Assembly (NCBI GenBank): GCA_977017645.1
Contig: OZ360229.1
Location: 107,942,001 to 108,006,000, forward strand
DNA: 64,000 nucleotides
Origin: Torpedo marmorata
Lineage: Eukaryota
Direction: 5' to 3'
Both the position numbers and the translations under genes were made by a program. The notes beneath the pieces are model-generated. The model saw only the letters and a program-made list of their open reading frames with translations. It was not told the origin of the DNA and searched no databases. Positions 24,031 to 37,282 of this stretch are shown piece after piece (position 1 is the stretch's first letter; every line of letters begins with the position of its first letter).

Positions 24031-26989
24031 CTATGCAACGTCCGAGTGGGGCTCGACAAAGACTAAGTTCACAGTCCTCAACACCAACCGAGGAGGAGGT
24101 ACTACCCCACAAGGCAAAGAGTCCGGAGAAGTCGCAAAGTATCCCATCGGATTCTACCTCGCCAAGAAAATCCAAAAGGGAAAGACGTTCTCCAGAACGC
24201 CTAAGAGATGGTGCTTTGGACCAACTGCATACTTTTCCTTTGCTCTCGAATTAAGATAATTATATTGATTCCTACCAACAACCCAACAAGAAAACCCAAG
24301 AAATATCCCTTGGACACGGTCCAAAATGCAGCGATCGAATAATACCCAAAAGAGTTATGCTATGTAACATAATAAACTGTGGTCAGCCGGGGCGAGGGTT
24401 GGGGTGCGATAACCCATTACATCATCAGCTTGACTACTTTATCACTGGGCTCACGACAACACATACCAGTCAATAAGAGCACAGTATATACAAGCCATCA
24501 GTTCTCCAACGAACCTCGTCTTACTGGAAAGATCTTAATAGATGTTTTCACATTTAACATTAAAATGTTATGGGTCACTACCATTGACTACTTTAAAAAG
24601 AACCTTCTTGGATCAAGGTCGCGGATTTTTGTTTACAGGCAGTTATATTTTTTTACTAATACGTTACGTCGCACGTGCACTTGAAATAAAATTCATTCAT
24701 TTGATTTTCATAAATGCGAACTTTTTTTGTAGATCAGGATTGATCGAATCTCTCTCTCTCTCTTTCAATTTGTCCTGTTCCCGCTCTTCTCAGGTGCGGC
24801 TAATCCGCTATCATATTTCCAATCAATCAATAAATCTGTGCCAGATTCTTTAAAACTTTAACGCATAATTTCAGACGCCAGAATACCTAACCCGAAGGGA
24901 CCTTTTTTGTTCCAATATATCTTTTGTTTTTCTATCCTATTCATTAGAATTGCTCTGTTTTCTCTGAATCTATGTGTCTACTTCTTTAATCCTTCATTAG
25001 ATCCCTGGAATTACACATTATTGAAGCGATGAGAACATTATGAATTACTTTTTCATCAAAAGCTTAACCTTGAACCGCACTGAGTAATTGCACCTTCCTC
25101 TGCCAGACCCTTCTTTTATTTACTCTTCCCTTTTTTTTGCTCATGTTTTTCCTCTTTGCGCGGCGGAGCTAAATAGAGCGGCAGATAATTTCAGCTCATT
25201 TTCCACCAAATTGCCGTAATTATTGACATTAAGCTCGGGAAATTTACAAGAAGGTACTTCTGGTCCGTCTCCCAGTGCCCGCGCTAATTTGTTGAAATCG
25301 AGTTGCCATCACAGTTTCAATCTTTTTATATTAATCCGGAAAGTGGTTGAACAGAGGCAGAATTCTCGCAGCCCATGCTATTAGATAATTAGGGAGGATG
25401 TTAGAGAGGGAAGTGCTAATCCTCGGGCACGAGGACAGCCTTTCCATCCGATCAGGCAGGTAGAAGAAATTAATTTCTGGAATTAATTAGCGTTAAAAGA
25501 ACATTACTTCGCAAGTGCGAGTCACGTCTTCCATATGTATGAGGTGAAGCAAGAAGATTTAAGAGGGCACAGTGCTAGTAAACAAGAATATTTCATTAAG
25601 TACGGAACAAGTTGCCAACAGGCACTGTGCGACAATTTGCGGATGTTAAATGTAAGGAGGACTTTCGGAGTCTGAATTTAAAAAAAAAATTATTTGAATC
25701 TGAAATAAAGCCATCGTTGATCCTGTCACATCACACCTCATGCTTTTGTGCGTATACTTGTGCAGCATTATTTATCTAGTCAATCCTAATGACTCTTCTG
25801 TACACAGACAGCACTGAAGGTCGAACGTGGCATGACAAGAACCATTAAAACAAACGACACAGTAACTAGTTGTTGTTAGGGGCAAATGGGAACGTAAATG
25901 AATTAATGGCGATGAAATGGTCCTAACGTACAGCTTGCAGATGCCGTCAGCGCGGAGAATAAGAGGTAAGCTGCTTTATTGTCCATTTCGTCAAATGAAA
26001 CGTCTGTTGCAAGGATTTCAGAGAACAGCTCTTATTCTCCGAAGCGCCACAAGCTTCTAAGAAGCTTCTGGGATTAATGGCAACTCTATCTGTACATTTT
26101 TCCACTTCACCGAAACAGTGCAACAGGCAGCCCACTTTCCCCGTGTAGATTTAAATAAAGTCCTAACGTAACATTGTGGAACTGACACAGCCCAATTATT
26201 GTCAGGCAGTTTCCATTCTGGAGAGCAGTTCTGAGCGATAAAGTGGTTCCAAATCGATGACAATAACTCTTGAAATAATGTCACATTTTAAAACATATTC
26301 TCTGCAAAGTATTCATTTCAACTGTTCGATTAAACCATTTGTTAATGTTCTTGTTAAGAGCATCGGCGGCCGATTTCACTTTCAAGGTGTGTTATGCTGG
26401 AATTGGGAACGAGTAGGTGACTGGAGGCAGAAAAACGAGGGGCGCCCTTCTTTCTGAAGTCTAAGTATTGTAGTCCTCCATTCGACACGCGATAGAAGGC
26501 ACTTCAAGACCTACAGCTGTTCACTGTCCACATATTGTACATCGATACTAATTGCAAAGGATTTGGTGAAAAAAAATATCTCCACACAATCGGAGCAAAC
26601 GCGCTGAAAGGCGACAATGCGAGAGGTCGCGACTCCATCTGGAAAGTCTGAAAACATGATTATTTTATGGGTAAAAGGCACTAACCGAATGACATTATAC
26701 ATTGAATTTGAAGAGATCCGCTTAACCTCTAATTGCGTTATTTTACTGTGAAAGCGAAATTCATCACTTGGGATAGGAAAAGCTCCGTCATTATTGACAG
26801 ACCAGAATAAACTACCTGTTAGAATGTAAACGGTCCGAAAACCAATAATGTTTCTCAATAACTGCTACTTCCGTGGTCCGCAGATATCTGAAGCAGGGGA
26901 CAGTGCAAGATGGGGTTAAACAAGAAAGACTGCAGACATTGACTTTCACTACAATCATAGTGTAATACACAGAAGTGTTGGAGAAGGAC

Positions 26990-27985
26990 TGTGAAGCACT
27001 TCGCATGTGAATCTGCAGGGGTCACCTACTGCATCCAGTGCTCCCGTTGTGGCCTGCCCTGCATCGGAGAGACAAACGCAGACTGGGGAGATCGCTTAGT
27101 TGAGCACCTTCACCCTGTCTGCTGCAGTAGCGGGACCTTCCGGTGGCCAACCATTCAATTCAGCGCCCCATTCCCACACTGACATGTCTGACTATGGCCT
27201 CATGCACTGTAAACGGACGGCAAGTTGAAGGAACAACTCCTCATATTCTGTCTGGGCACTCTCCAACCAGATAGCATTACCATGCACTTCTCTGGTTTCT
27301 GTTAGGTTCCTTCTCTCTCTTTCCTTATCCCTCTGTCTCCTTTCTTCCAGCTCTCCCCACACCTTTCCCTCTCCAATCAGAGAGTGATCCCCTACCCATA
27401 TCACTGCTCAGCTTTTTCCTCCTGCCCTCTCACCCATATCCACCTATGACCTCTTGGCTGTTGGCCTGTGCTCCTCCTCCTGCCCTTTCTTCCCTCCCCC
27501 CCCTCCTTTTTATTCAGGTTTCTGTCTGCTTTTTGCTCATACCTTGACGATGGGCTCAGGCTTGAAACATTTTTTAAAATCTAAGCCCCTTTCACACTGC
27601 CGATTACATGTGGGTTGAACCGGATAATTTACCGGGTCCGTACCCGGTAATCACGCGGTGTGAAACTTCCCAACCGGGCAGGGCGAGTTAAATTCAACCG
27701 GGCTCTGACACTTGGTGGGGGCAAGTGTCAGAGCCCGGCCGAGTTAACTCACTAATCGCCTTCTGGCGGTGTGAAAGCACAACCTGCTCTCGCATTGTCA
27801 CCGCTGGAGCTTAAAATCCCGGGTTGCCGATTAACCAGATAAATCATGGTGCAGTGGGAAAGGCTCCCGAGTGCAGCATGCCCGGTAAGTTTATCCACTT
27901 CCTAGGAGGGTTAGCAGTGTGAAAGGGGCTCAAGCTTCCTATGGCTGCTGCATGACCTGCTGAGTTTCTCCAGCACTTTTGTGTA
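26990..27985 (+). mobile_element. Diverged Penelope-like element 3' fragment, interrupted by a MITE
   Basis: KHFACESAGVTYCIQCSRCGLPCIGET (GIY-YIG), a pyrimidine-rich 3' region and a tgacctgctgagtttctccagca end. Confidence 0.8.
27584..27930. mobile_element. MITE with perfect 17-bp terminal inverted repeats (possibly PIF/Harbinger)
   Basis: AGCCCCTTTCACACTGC ... GCAGTGTGAAAGGGGCT with internal hairpins. The superfamily is inferred. Confidence 0.8.
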
Positions 27986-28261
27986 TTGAACAGTGTAAGA
28001 TGTCAGCGACAGACCTGGAGCCTTGCTTTTGTTAGGTTTACTAAGAGCTTTACGCAGTCAAAGCATCTGCCATATCTTATTAGAAGTAAGAATATATTCA
28101 ATAAAGGGCTAATTTTCCCCTGGCCTCTACTTCAGCACTTAACGGTACTTTATATGTACGTCTTACTTAAGATGTGAATCTCGAGAGGAAACATTTCAAT
28201 ATTTTGTTTGAGGAAATATTTCAATATTATGGTTAGTTATTTAAAATCTATTTGGTCACAA

Positions 28262-28312
28262 CACTGAATAAAGTAATTTATTACCCCACTGAATAAAGTA
28301 ATTTATTACCCC
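28262..28312 (+). repeat. Tandem duplication of about 25 bp
   Basis: cactgaataaagtaatttattaccc occurs twice. A 19-bp tandem duplication (agaaaagttattagcatgt) also occurs at about 104-141. Confidence 0.85.
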
Positions 28313-28670
28313 AGCAATACATGTCTTATCTAAGCAATTACAATCTAAAAGAAGCTTAAAGTATTTTTCATGCCATCTTCTTCAATGTAAATGCATTCAC
28401 TTGTAAATGTAGGTACTTAAACCTGCAGGCTTATTTGTTCAGTTGTAATTCATGATATTTGCTGTACAAACTACCTGCTAAATTTACTCTTTCTGTGCCA
28501 TTTCACACATACAAGTGTATATATGTGTACATAATGATTGATTTTATGTAAATTTCTTTGTATCATGCTCAATGCAAGTAAAAAGTAAAGATATTAATAG
28601 ACGTAAACAAGAAAATCTTCAGATGTTGGGATCTAGTGGAGGACACAAAAATGCTGGAGAATCTCAGCAG

Positions 28671-29092
28671 AATCAGAATCAGAATTTATTGTCATGAACA
28701 AGTCATGAAATTCGGTGTTTTGCGGCAGCATCATAGTGCAATTAACATTCATATTATAACCATCTTACGGCATTACTATAAAAAATTATAAATAATAGTG
28801 CACGAAAAGTAAGGCAGTGTCTTTGGTTCATTGATTATTCAGGAATCTGATGGCAGCAGGGAAGAAGCTATCCTTATGCCATTGAGTGCTCGTCTTTAGG
28901 CTCCTGTACCTTTTTCCCGATGGTAGCAGAGTGAAGAGGGCATGGCCTGGGTGGTGGGGGTCTTTGAGGATAGAGGCTGCTTTTTTAAGACACCGCCTCA
29001 TGTAGATGTCCTCGATGGAGTGAAGTTTGGTGCCTGTGATGTCACAGGCCGAGTTAACAACCCTCTGGAGTTTACTCTTGTCCTGAGAGATG
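28671..29092 (-). mobile_element. Rex1/Babar LINE 3' end inserted into a pseudo-LTR-like fragment
   Basis: (TGATTC)n tail on the minus strand. Closely matches 55620-56030. Confidence 0.85.
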
Positions 29093-30689
29093 GCGCATCC
29101 ATAGAAAGTAATGATTAATATATTTCTTATCTTGCAACAATGACTAAGTACAGAAATAATTCAATGGGTGGTTAGGGCTTTGGCACAAAGTGGGCTTGTG
29201 AAAGGCATCACATAAATGTATATAGTGTAGGCAAAATTAAGTCATATTTCTTGCCTTTCTCGTGTTGTATACTTGCAGCAACAGAGGCGCAAGCTATGAA
29301 AAGGGTTACTGCCAACGCAGCATTTACAGTGAGTTGGTGAGATTTTGTGCATGTATGTGTTCTCCAAAAATGAATAGAAATGTAGAGTTGCCAAGTATTG
29401 GATAAAGGAGGAAACAAAACTGGCCTGGTGTTTCCTGTTACGACTCCACTACAAACCAGACAGCAGTGCAAAGTAGAGCAAGACTACACTCAGCACAGAG
29501 CGGGGTTAGCCAAAGGATTGCCAAAGCACATGCCATATGTGTTCAGAGGTGTTTGTGTCATTTTACTTTACTCCAAGTAGTGGGTTCTTTTGGGTCAGAT
29601 ATACCGGCTGAGAAGCAAATGAAGGCCCAGAGGGATTTCAGGTAGACAACAGGCATCTGCAAGAAGAACAAGAGAAACAAAAGCCAAACGATTCCTCATT
29701 GTGTGAGTTGAATTAACAGAATTGATCAACAACAAAGCAATGCATATGTTCGTTATCTAATCACATCCCTGGCCACATTTCTCAATCAGAAACAAATGAA
29801 ATATTTTCAGCAAAATAATTAATTCTTGCTGTTGGATATTGTTATCAAAATTTCATATTGCCAACATTGCAAGAAACCAAAGGTTATTTGGCACAGATTG
29901 GTGAAGGTTTGCCTGTGCTTGTTTCTATATGCTGCCAGGCTGCCTTTGAAGTATGTAGTCTTGAATGAGGATGATTCAAATTTCAGATTAAGCAACCAAT
30001 TTTGCCCTTCAAGTACTTTTTTATATTCTGCTCTAAATGCCTATTGCATGAAAAGTAGGCAAGAAACTCATGTTATCATTATTACCTGTATTATGGCTGA
30101 CTGGAACATCCAATGCTAGTTTACTACATTTTTCCAATGTTCCAATCCATTTTTCATACAAATATTGTACTCACATACAGAACGGTCATTATTCTTATTG
30201 GGATGAAAGCTTATTTTCACGCTTTGAGAAAATTGACACTCTTAAACAGTCAATTTGCCATTTGTTTCAAATTTACTCATTAATGGACTTTTTACTAAGC
30301 TCTAAATGTACTCTTAGTGAAAATAGAACCTGTTGCTAATTTATTGTCAGTGATCTATCATTTGAATTCTTTGTGAACCGTTCAATTCTATTTAACTTTT
30401 CAATATTTTGCAAACATTGAATTCTACCCAAGATATTATATTGTTCTTAATTCAATGTGATTCAGTATCAGAATATTTTCACTATTTTTGTGGATGTAGG
30501 TAGGCTACTTTTTGACTGCAGGATATGATTTGCTGTCACTATATTTGCAGTGGAAGCTCTCATTTTTAGTCTGCAGCATTTTGGATTGCCATTCAGCACC
30601 ATTAATGTTGTCCAAATAAAGTTGTTTGTGGTTGTTGGAGCCCAATTATCTCAACCTCAATGCTCTGGAGCAGGATCAACTATCTTCTG

Positions 30690-31155
30690 CTCAAAGGATG
30701 TCACCAAGGTGGAAAGTGTGCAGCAAAACAGATTCACGAGGATATTGGTGGGTCTGGAAAGCTTGAGTTATAAGGAGAGACTGGATAGGCTATGATTTTT
30801 TTCCTGGAAAGTAGGGTGAACTTATAAACGTTTATAAGATGATGAGAGGTATAGATAAGGAGAATGGTCATATTATTTTCCCCTGGAGGCGAGTCCAAAA
30901 CTGGAGAGCATAGATTTAAGGTGAAATGGGAAAGACTTAAAAGGTACCCAAGGAAAACGGTTTCAAACAGAGTGTGGTGCATACATGGAACGAGGTGCTG
31001 AGGAAGTGACAGAGGGTACAATTATGACATTTAAAATATATTCGGACAGTTACATGGATGTGGAAGGTTTAGAGGGATATTGGTTAAATGTAGGCCAGTG
31101 GGACTGGCTCAGATTGACAGCTTGGTGGACATGAACGAGTTAGGCTGAAGGCCCC
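30690..31155 (+). mobile_element. CR1-like LINE 3' fragment
   Basis: ESVQQNRFTRILVGLESLSYKERLDRL followed by a CR1-like 3' end. Confidence 0.75.
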
Positions 31156-31219
31156 ATTCCCTTTCCCCCTACCCATCCCCCAACCTCTCCCGATCCCCCA
31201 TTCCTGTGATATACTTGTT

Positions 31220-31569
31220 CCAGCTGTGGCTCAATTTGAAGCATTTTTGTCTTTAAATCAGTCCCTTATGGATTTAAACACCAGTCCAGTGACTTGTATA
31301 CGCAACCAAGGCAAGCTTACTAGTGTAGTACTGAGCATGTGATATGTGGTCAGGGAAACAGCCCTTCAGTTGAAGTTTTAAACCCAGGCTTCATTTACTA
31401 AAATACACCATAGGATTAACATTCAACAAGTACTATTGAAAAACAGACTTTCTAATGATTATTACATTGGGAGAGGAGGGAGCTTGCTGTGTTACTTGCA
31501 ACAATACACTTCAAAACAAATGTAATTGGCTGTAAAATACTTTGTCATCTTGAGAAAGGCATGATAATT
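31220..31569 (+). mobile_element. Old DeuSINE/SacSINE-like element
   Basis: Decayed tRNA-like head (ctgtggctca), gtagtactgag, and an acacttcaaaa...aattggctgtaaa 3' segment typical of Deu-domain SINEs. Confidence 0.55.
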
Positions 31570-31825
31570 NNNNNNNNNNNNNNNNNNNNNNNNNNNNNNN
31601 NNNNNNNNNNNNNNNNNNNNNNNNNNNNNNNNNNNNNNNNNNNNNNNNNNNNNNNNNNNNNNNNNNNNNNNNNNNNNNNNNNNNNNNNNNNNNNNNNNNN
31701 NNNNNNNNNNNNNNNNNNNNNNNNNNNNNNNNNNNNNNNNNNNNNNNNNNNNNNNNNNNNNNNNNNNNNNNNNNNNNNNNNNNNNNNNNNNNNNNNNNNN
31801 NNNNNNNNNNNNNNNNNNNNNNNNN
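31570..31825. other. Assembly gap (256 N)
   Basis: Run of N. Confidence 1.
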
Positions 31826-32979
31826 ATGGATAAACTCCCTGAGGGTTCGAAGGGTTCCAATTCCGAACTCTGCTACCAGGAATGCATCTTGACAAACAGA
31901 ATAACCTTGCTGTGCAATTGCATTGATCAGATTAAGGATAACATTTGGAGTTGAGAGGGTTCTCCAGATTCTCCTGTTCGTCATACGGCTGCATTGTCAT
32001 CTTTGATACCTTTTGAGTGCTTCATGCACAGATTCTTCTGTAGTAACTCTGGGGGAATTATTGTCAACATTTTGACGTTTTCTATTAAGATCATAAGAAA
32101 TCTTCCTGGTTAGTTAAACAAAATACAGGAAAGCACAACTTCATCTTTGATATATTTATTAATCAGTTAATTACTAATCTTCTGAGAATTTAAGATCATA
32201 ATTTTTATGAGAATCAATTTTAAAATTTCTGGAAATATTTTGAATAATTTTGGTGTCATTGCCATGCCAATGGTTCCCTGTACATATTTTTCAACAAATT
32301 AAATTGTACAAAGGACACCTTTTGGCATTCCGGAAGTCAAGCTGACTCTTAATTTTTCTTAACATTTGGGAAAAATTGGGGCCAATGTCTTAGAACATCT
32401 AGCTTTGCTCTAATGTATAAAATAAATGAAGAAATGTTTATTAAGCGGTTCAGTGTTGTAATAGCACATAGATTGTGCTTGAGGGCGCTATGGCCCATTA
32501 AAAAAAATAATTTCATAATTTTGAATAGTATGTGAGTATGAAATAAGCATGAGATAGCCTGCTGCTGGAAAGAGGCAAATATATTTTCTGTATTTTTACA
32601 CAAACATCTATAAAATTATGTTATCTTTTAATTATCTATTGGTAGGAATCAGAGAATGTACAGTTCTTTGCTTTTAACTATATATTAAAGTGTTTGTTTT
32701 CTCTCCATGAAACGTATGTAACTTACAGAACAAGTGAAATTAAATCCTAACTGATAACCACTGTATGTGTGAAAGAAACTATTTTGCAATTCTCTTCTGT
32801 GAAACTTCAATCCATAATGTATATCTATATGAAACTAATTTATAGAAAACATGTTTTGGGATTAATATCTGTGCCTGGAGCTTTATATATAATGGCTTCC
32901 TATATCTGTTTTATAATTGAACTAATGTAAACCGATTCTATTAAATTAGTACTGCTGAATAATGTTGATTAAAGTCAGG

Positions 32980-34001
32980 TGTTACGAACTAACAAGCCCT
33001 TGCTAGCACTAACACAGGAACAACAATGGAAGATGCACCAGACAGTGGGAAATTCAAAATAATAGTTTTTATTAAACTATTAATCACAGAACATTTCTTA
33101 CTTAACTAAACTTTCTTAACTCTAAGCTTAACCCCACTATGCGCGAATGTAATTGTGTAAGTGTGTGTGTGTGTGGTCAGATTTCAAACCATTACAGTTT
33201 AAAACTCAATTCTGAAAGTCAATTTTAAAGTCCATTATTTTAAAGTCTTGTTGAACTTGTCTGTTAAATTGTAGTTCAGAAGTGATTACGAAGCAAATGC
33301 GAAAGATCAAGTTCTTTTGAATTGTAGCTTAAAAGCAGTATGAAGTATTTGTTAACATTGATTCATTCCTTAGACTTTTAAAATCTTGTTGAGCTTTTTC
33401 CCAGGAAGCGATTTCTTCTTAATCTCTCACACTGGTGATCTTCAACTCCCTCTTATCTTCTTAAGAGTTACGGAGTTTCTTTTCACGATGAGGCTGCACC
33501 CTTTATTTTCAAAAGAGCAGTCGGGAAGTGTTCTCCCTTTCAAAATACACTTATTTCTGCATTCCCCTTTTATTAGGAGTAACACATAACAGCACCTGTT
33601 CCGGTTACTGTAATTCTACTCTGTCCTTTTACAAGGGTCCAACTCCTGTTTTGTCCCACAGGATCTCGACTTCTGAACTGACTCAAAATGTCTGAATTTG
33701 ACCATATATTCCTCAAAATCATGTGACATTACATCATCAATGAGATCAGTCTTAATTCTTGGAAACCATGTGACCACTTACTGTAATCTTTACAGTTGGC
33801 AGCTCCAGTTTCTTGGAAACCATGTGACCTTCATAACTCTGTCTTGCAGACGTCATGACTCCGAAAGATGACCTTACTTCTGAATGTATTGTATGGGTGT
33901 GTGTAACCCTGTTCCAAACCCATTACATTAACTAAAACATATTTATCGGAAATATAGCTTAACGTTAACCTAAATATTAATATTAACACAGATCCATTAC
34001 A
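32980..34001 (-). mobile_element. Probable solo LTR (about 1 kb)
   Basis: TGT...ACA termini, flanks cagg/tagg (3 of 4 matching), AATAAA on the minus strand near 33068, a (TG)n tract and an internal duplication of ttcttggaaaccatgtgacc. Confidence 0.5.
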
Positions 34002-34184
34002 TAGGAGACCTCTAATGTGTCAACAATATCAATAATTGAACTTGACCTGTTATCTCCACCTACTCTGAGAAAGCTGAGCTCATTGTCAGGTTCAATATCG
34101 GTGAGGACTGAAAGTAACTGAGGCGTTGAAGAATCAACACAATCTGTGAATACAGGGAGAATGATAAATGTAATTATGAATATT

Positions 34185-34410
34185 TTTTAAATTTAGAGAC
34201 ACATCATGGTAACAGGCCCTTCTGGCCCAAGAGCCCGTGATGCCCAAATACACCAATTACCTATAAAACCCCATATATTTTTTGGAGGGTGGGAGGAAAT
34301 CGGAGCAACTGAAGGAGACTCACGTGGACATGGGGAGAATGTACAAACTGCTTACAGACAGCGATGGATTCATACCAGGGTTACTGGCGCTGAAGTAGCA
34401 TTGCGTGTTA
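34185..34410 (-). mobile_element. V-SINE, diverged
   Basis: ggggagaatgtacaaactgcttacagacagcg matches the family. Confidence 0.75.
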
Positions 34411-35344
34411 GCATCAGTGGGCTTTAGTCAACAACAGAAGAATTTTTTGTTCCAATATACTTTGAAAAAATGGCTTCACAGTCTACACTGAGGCACTGAT
34501 AGCCTTTCAGTGTTAAAACTGTAGAAAAAGTATATAAAGTATATAAAAGTTGTCCTCGGGGAACTGGCTAGATTAGGTTACCCTCTGCTCTTTGATGAGC
34601 TATTTTTGTTCCCCTAATGAGTATTCCTCTCAGGCTATTGATCCTCGTGTTCTTAGAGTCTTATGTCTCAGCTATTCTGGCACAATATTGGGAGGATATC
34701 TGAAAGCATTGTCTGCAGGAAGCCTGTGCAACTCAAGATATTTAAGAAATAGGCTGAGTTTCTTTGGAGATTTTATTTTAGTCACAGCTCAGTCATTTGT
34801 TCCGCCTTTATCAGAAACTGAATCACACAAATGCTTAGATCAGTGTGGTGGTGAACATAAAATGCTGAGCACTAACTTTACGTTAATCATTGAACATTTT
34901 TTGCTTAGTTTTGGATACTGTATTTAAATGAATCAGGATTTCTATTCACTGTGAATGGTCTAAAGCAATGCTTTAAAGTTAAGGAGAGAATAACAAGAGC
35001 TTTAGTCTCCATGGGTGTTAATATAATGGGAATAGATTGTCGGCAGTTGGGAACATCAAAATTCAATTAAGTGTGGATGGTTGGAATTCAATGTGGTGGA
35101 AAATAGTTTGTTCTGCAGAAACAGGACTGTACAATTGGAATAAAAGGACAATAGGGGTATCAACTTGAAATCTGCATTATCCAAACTAATTAAAAATAAT
35201 TTTTAGCATTGTGCTTTTTTTTTAATGTGACCAGCTAAATTCTGATAAAATTTCAAATTAAACCCTATATTTTGAAATAATATTGAAGTATAATTCTATC
35301 TTGTGTGGGAAACATTGTACATTGGACAAACAGATACAAAGTGA

Positions 35345-37282
35345 GCAATAAGAAGAGGGAAGGTAGTCTATGAAAAAAGATTATCACAAAATAAAATGGG
35401 CAGTAAAAGTTTTTATAATTATATAAAGCGCAAAAGGGTGGCTAGAGTGAAGGTTGGTCCCTTGGAGAATGAAAAGGGGGAATTTATATTGGGTAATGAG
35501 GAAATGGCTGAGGCTTTGAATGACTATTTTGTGTTGGTGTTCACAGTGGAGGACACGTCCACCATGCCAAAGACAGATGTTATGAATGTGATGGGAGGTG
35601 AGGATCTGGATGTAATTGTTATCTATAAAGAGGTGGTACTGAGAAAATTTGAGAGTCTATAGATAAGTCCCCTGATCCTGATGGAATGCATCCCAGGGTA
35701 GTGAAAGAAATGGCAGAAGTACAGGCTTTAGTGATAATTTGCCAAAATTCTCTGCACTCTGGGCAGATCCCAGTGGATTGGAGGATGGCAAATGTCACTC
35801 AACTATTCAAAAAAGGATGAAGACAAAAGGCAGGAAACTGTAGGCCAGTTAGTTTACCATCTGTGTTTGGGAAAATGCTTGAAGTTATCATTAAAGAAGA
35901 AATAGCGAGGCATCTGGAGCAAAATGGATCCACCAGGCAGACGTAGCATGGATTCAACAAAGGCATGTCCTGTTTGCCAAACTAACTGGAGTTCTTTGAG
36001 GATATAACAAGAGTGGTAGCTAGAGGGGCGCAGATGGATTTTGTTTACCTGGATTTCCAGAAGGCTTTCACTAAGGTGCTGCATAAAAGCCTTATACATA
36101 ATATAAGGATGCATGGTGTTGGGGCTGATGTATTAGCATGGATAGAGGATTGGTTAATCAACAGAAAGCAGAGAGTTGGGGTACAGGGGTGTTTTTCTGG
36201 TTGGCAATCAGTGGTGAGTGGGGTACCACGGGGGTCGGTGTTGGGCCCGCAATTGCTCACAATATACATTAATGATCTGGAAGAGGGGACAGAGTATAGT
36301 GTATCTAAGTTTGCTGATGACACTAAATTGAGTGGAAAAGCAAATTGTGCAGAGGATATGGAGAGTCTGCAGAGAGATATAGATAGGTTAAGTGAGTGGG
36401 CAAGGGTCTGGCAGATGGAGTACAATGTTGGTAAATGTGAGGTTATCCACTTTGGAAAGAAAAATGGAAGATCAGATTATTATTTAAATGGCAAGCAATT
36501 GCAGAATGCTGCTGTACAGAAGGACCTGGGAGTGCTTTTGCATGAATCACAAAAGGTTGGTTTGCAGGTGCAGCAGGCTATCAAGAAGGCAAATTGAATG
36601 TTGGCCTTCATTGCTGGAGGGATTGAATTTAGAAGCAGGTACGTTATGATGCAACTATACAAGGTACTGGTGAGGCCGCATCTGGAGTACTGTGTACAAT
36701 TCTGGTCTTCTCATTTGAGGAAGGATGTACTGGCTTTGGAAGTGGTGCAGAGGTGGTTCACCAGGTTGATTCCAGAGATGAGGGGATTAGCCTATGAGGA
36801 GAGATTGAGTCATCTGGAACTGTACTCGCTGGAATTTAGAAGAATGAGAAGGGATCTTATAGATAGCAACTTAACTGCCTCTATCTTATCTATACCTTTC
36901 ATAATTTTATAAAATTATGAAAGGCTTAGATAAGATAGAAGCAGGTAAGTTGATTCCATTGGTAGGGGAGACTATAACTAGGGAACATAGCCTCAAGATT
37001 CAGGGTAGTAGATTTAGGATGGAGATGAGGAGGAATTGCTTTTCCCAGAGGGTGGTGAATCTATGGAATTCACTGTCCACTGAAGCAGTGGAGGATACCT
37101 CAGTAAATATATTTAAGACAAGGTTGGATAAATTTTACCAAGTAGGAGAATTAAGGGATATGGGGAGAAGGCAAGTAGGTGGTGATGAGCCTATCATCAG
37201 ATCAGCCATGATCTCATTGAATGGCAGAGCAGGCTCGACAGGCCAGATGGCCTACTCCTGCTCCTATTTTTTATGTTCTTAC
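35345..37282 (+). mobile_element. CR1 LINE, 5'-truncated, ORF2 RT with stops
   Basis: YLDFQKAF, SGVPRGSVLGP, SKFADDTKL, RPHLEYCVQFWS, and a CR1 3' end ctcctgctcctatt. Confidence 0.93.

Larger units (their letters stand above)
19589..24211 (+). mobile_element. Ty3/Gypsy LTR retrotransposon (Mag-like), decayed, 3' LTR missing
   Basis: 5' LTR, primer site, gag from 19896 with Zn-knuckle remnants, protease MELDTG, RT (YLDDIIITG), RNase H (VDASPVGLGAVL, EKEGLAIIFGV) and integrase (HPGMVRMKALA, C-x2-C, WHRIHVDF). Many stops and frameshifts; the integrase core is partly deleted near 22960-23060. Confidence 0.95.

Noticed and set aside
31489-31984. ORFs spanning the N run
   Set aside because: Artefacts of the assembly gap.
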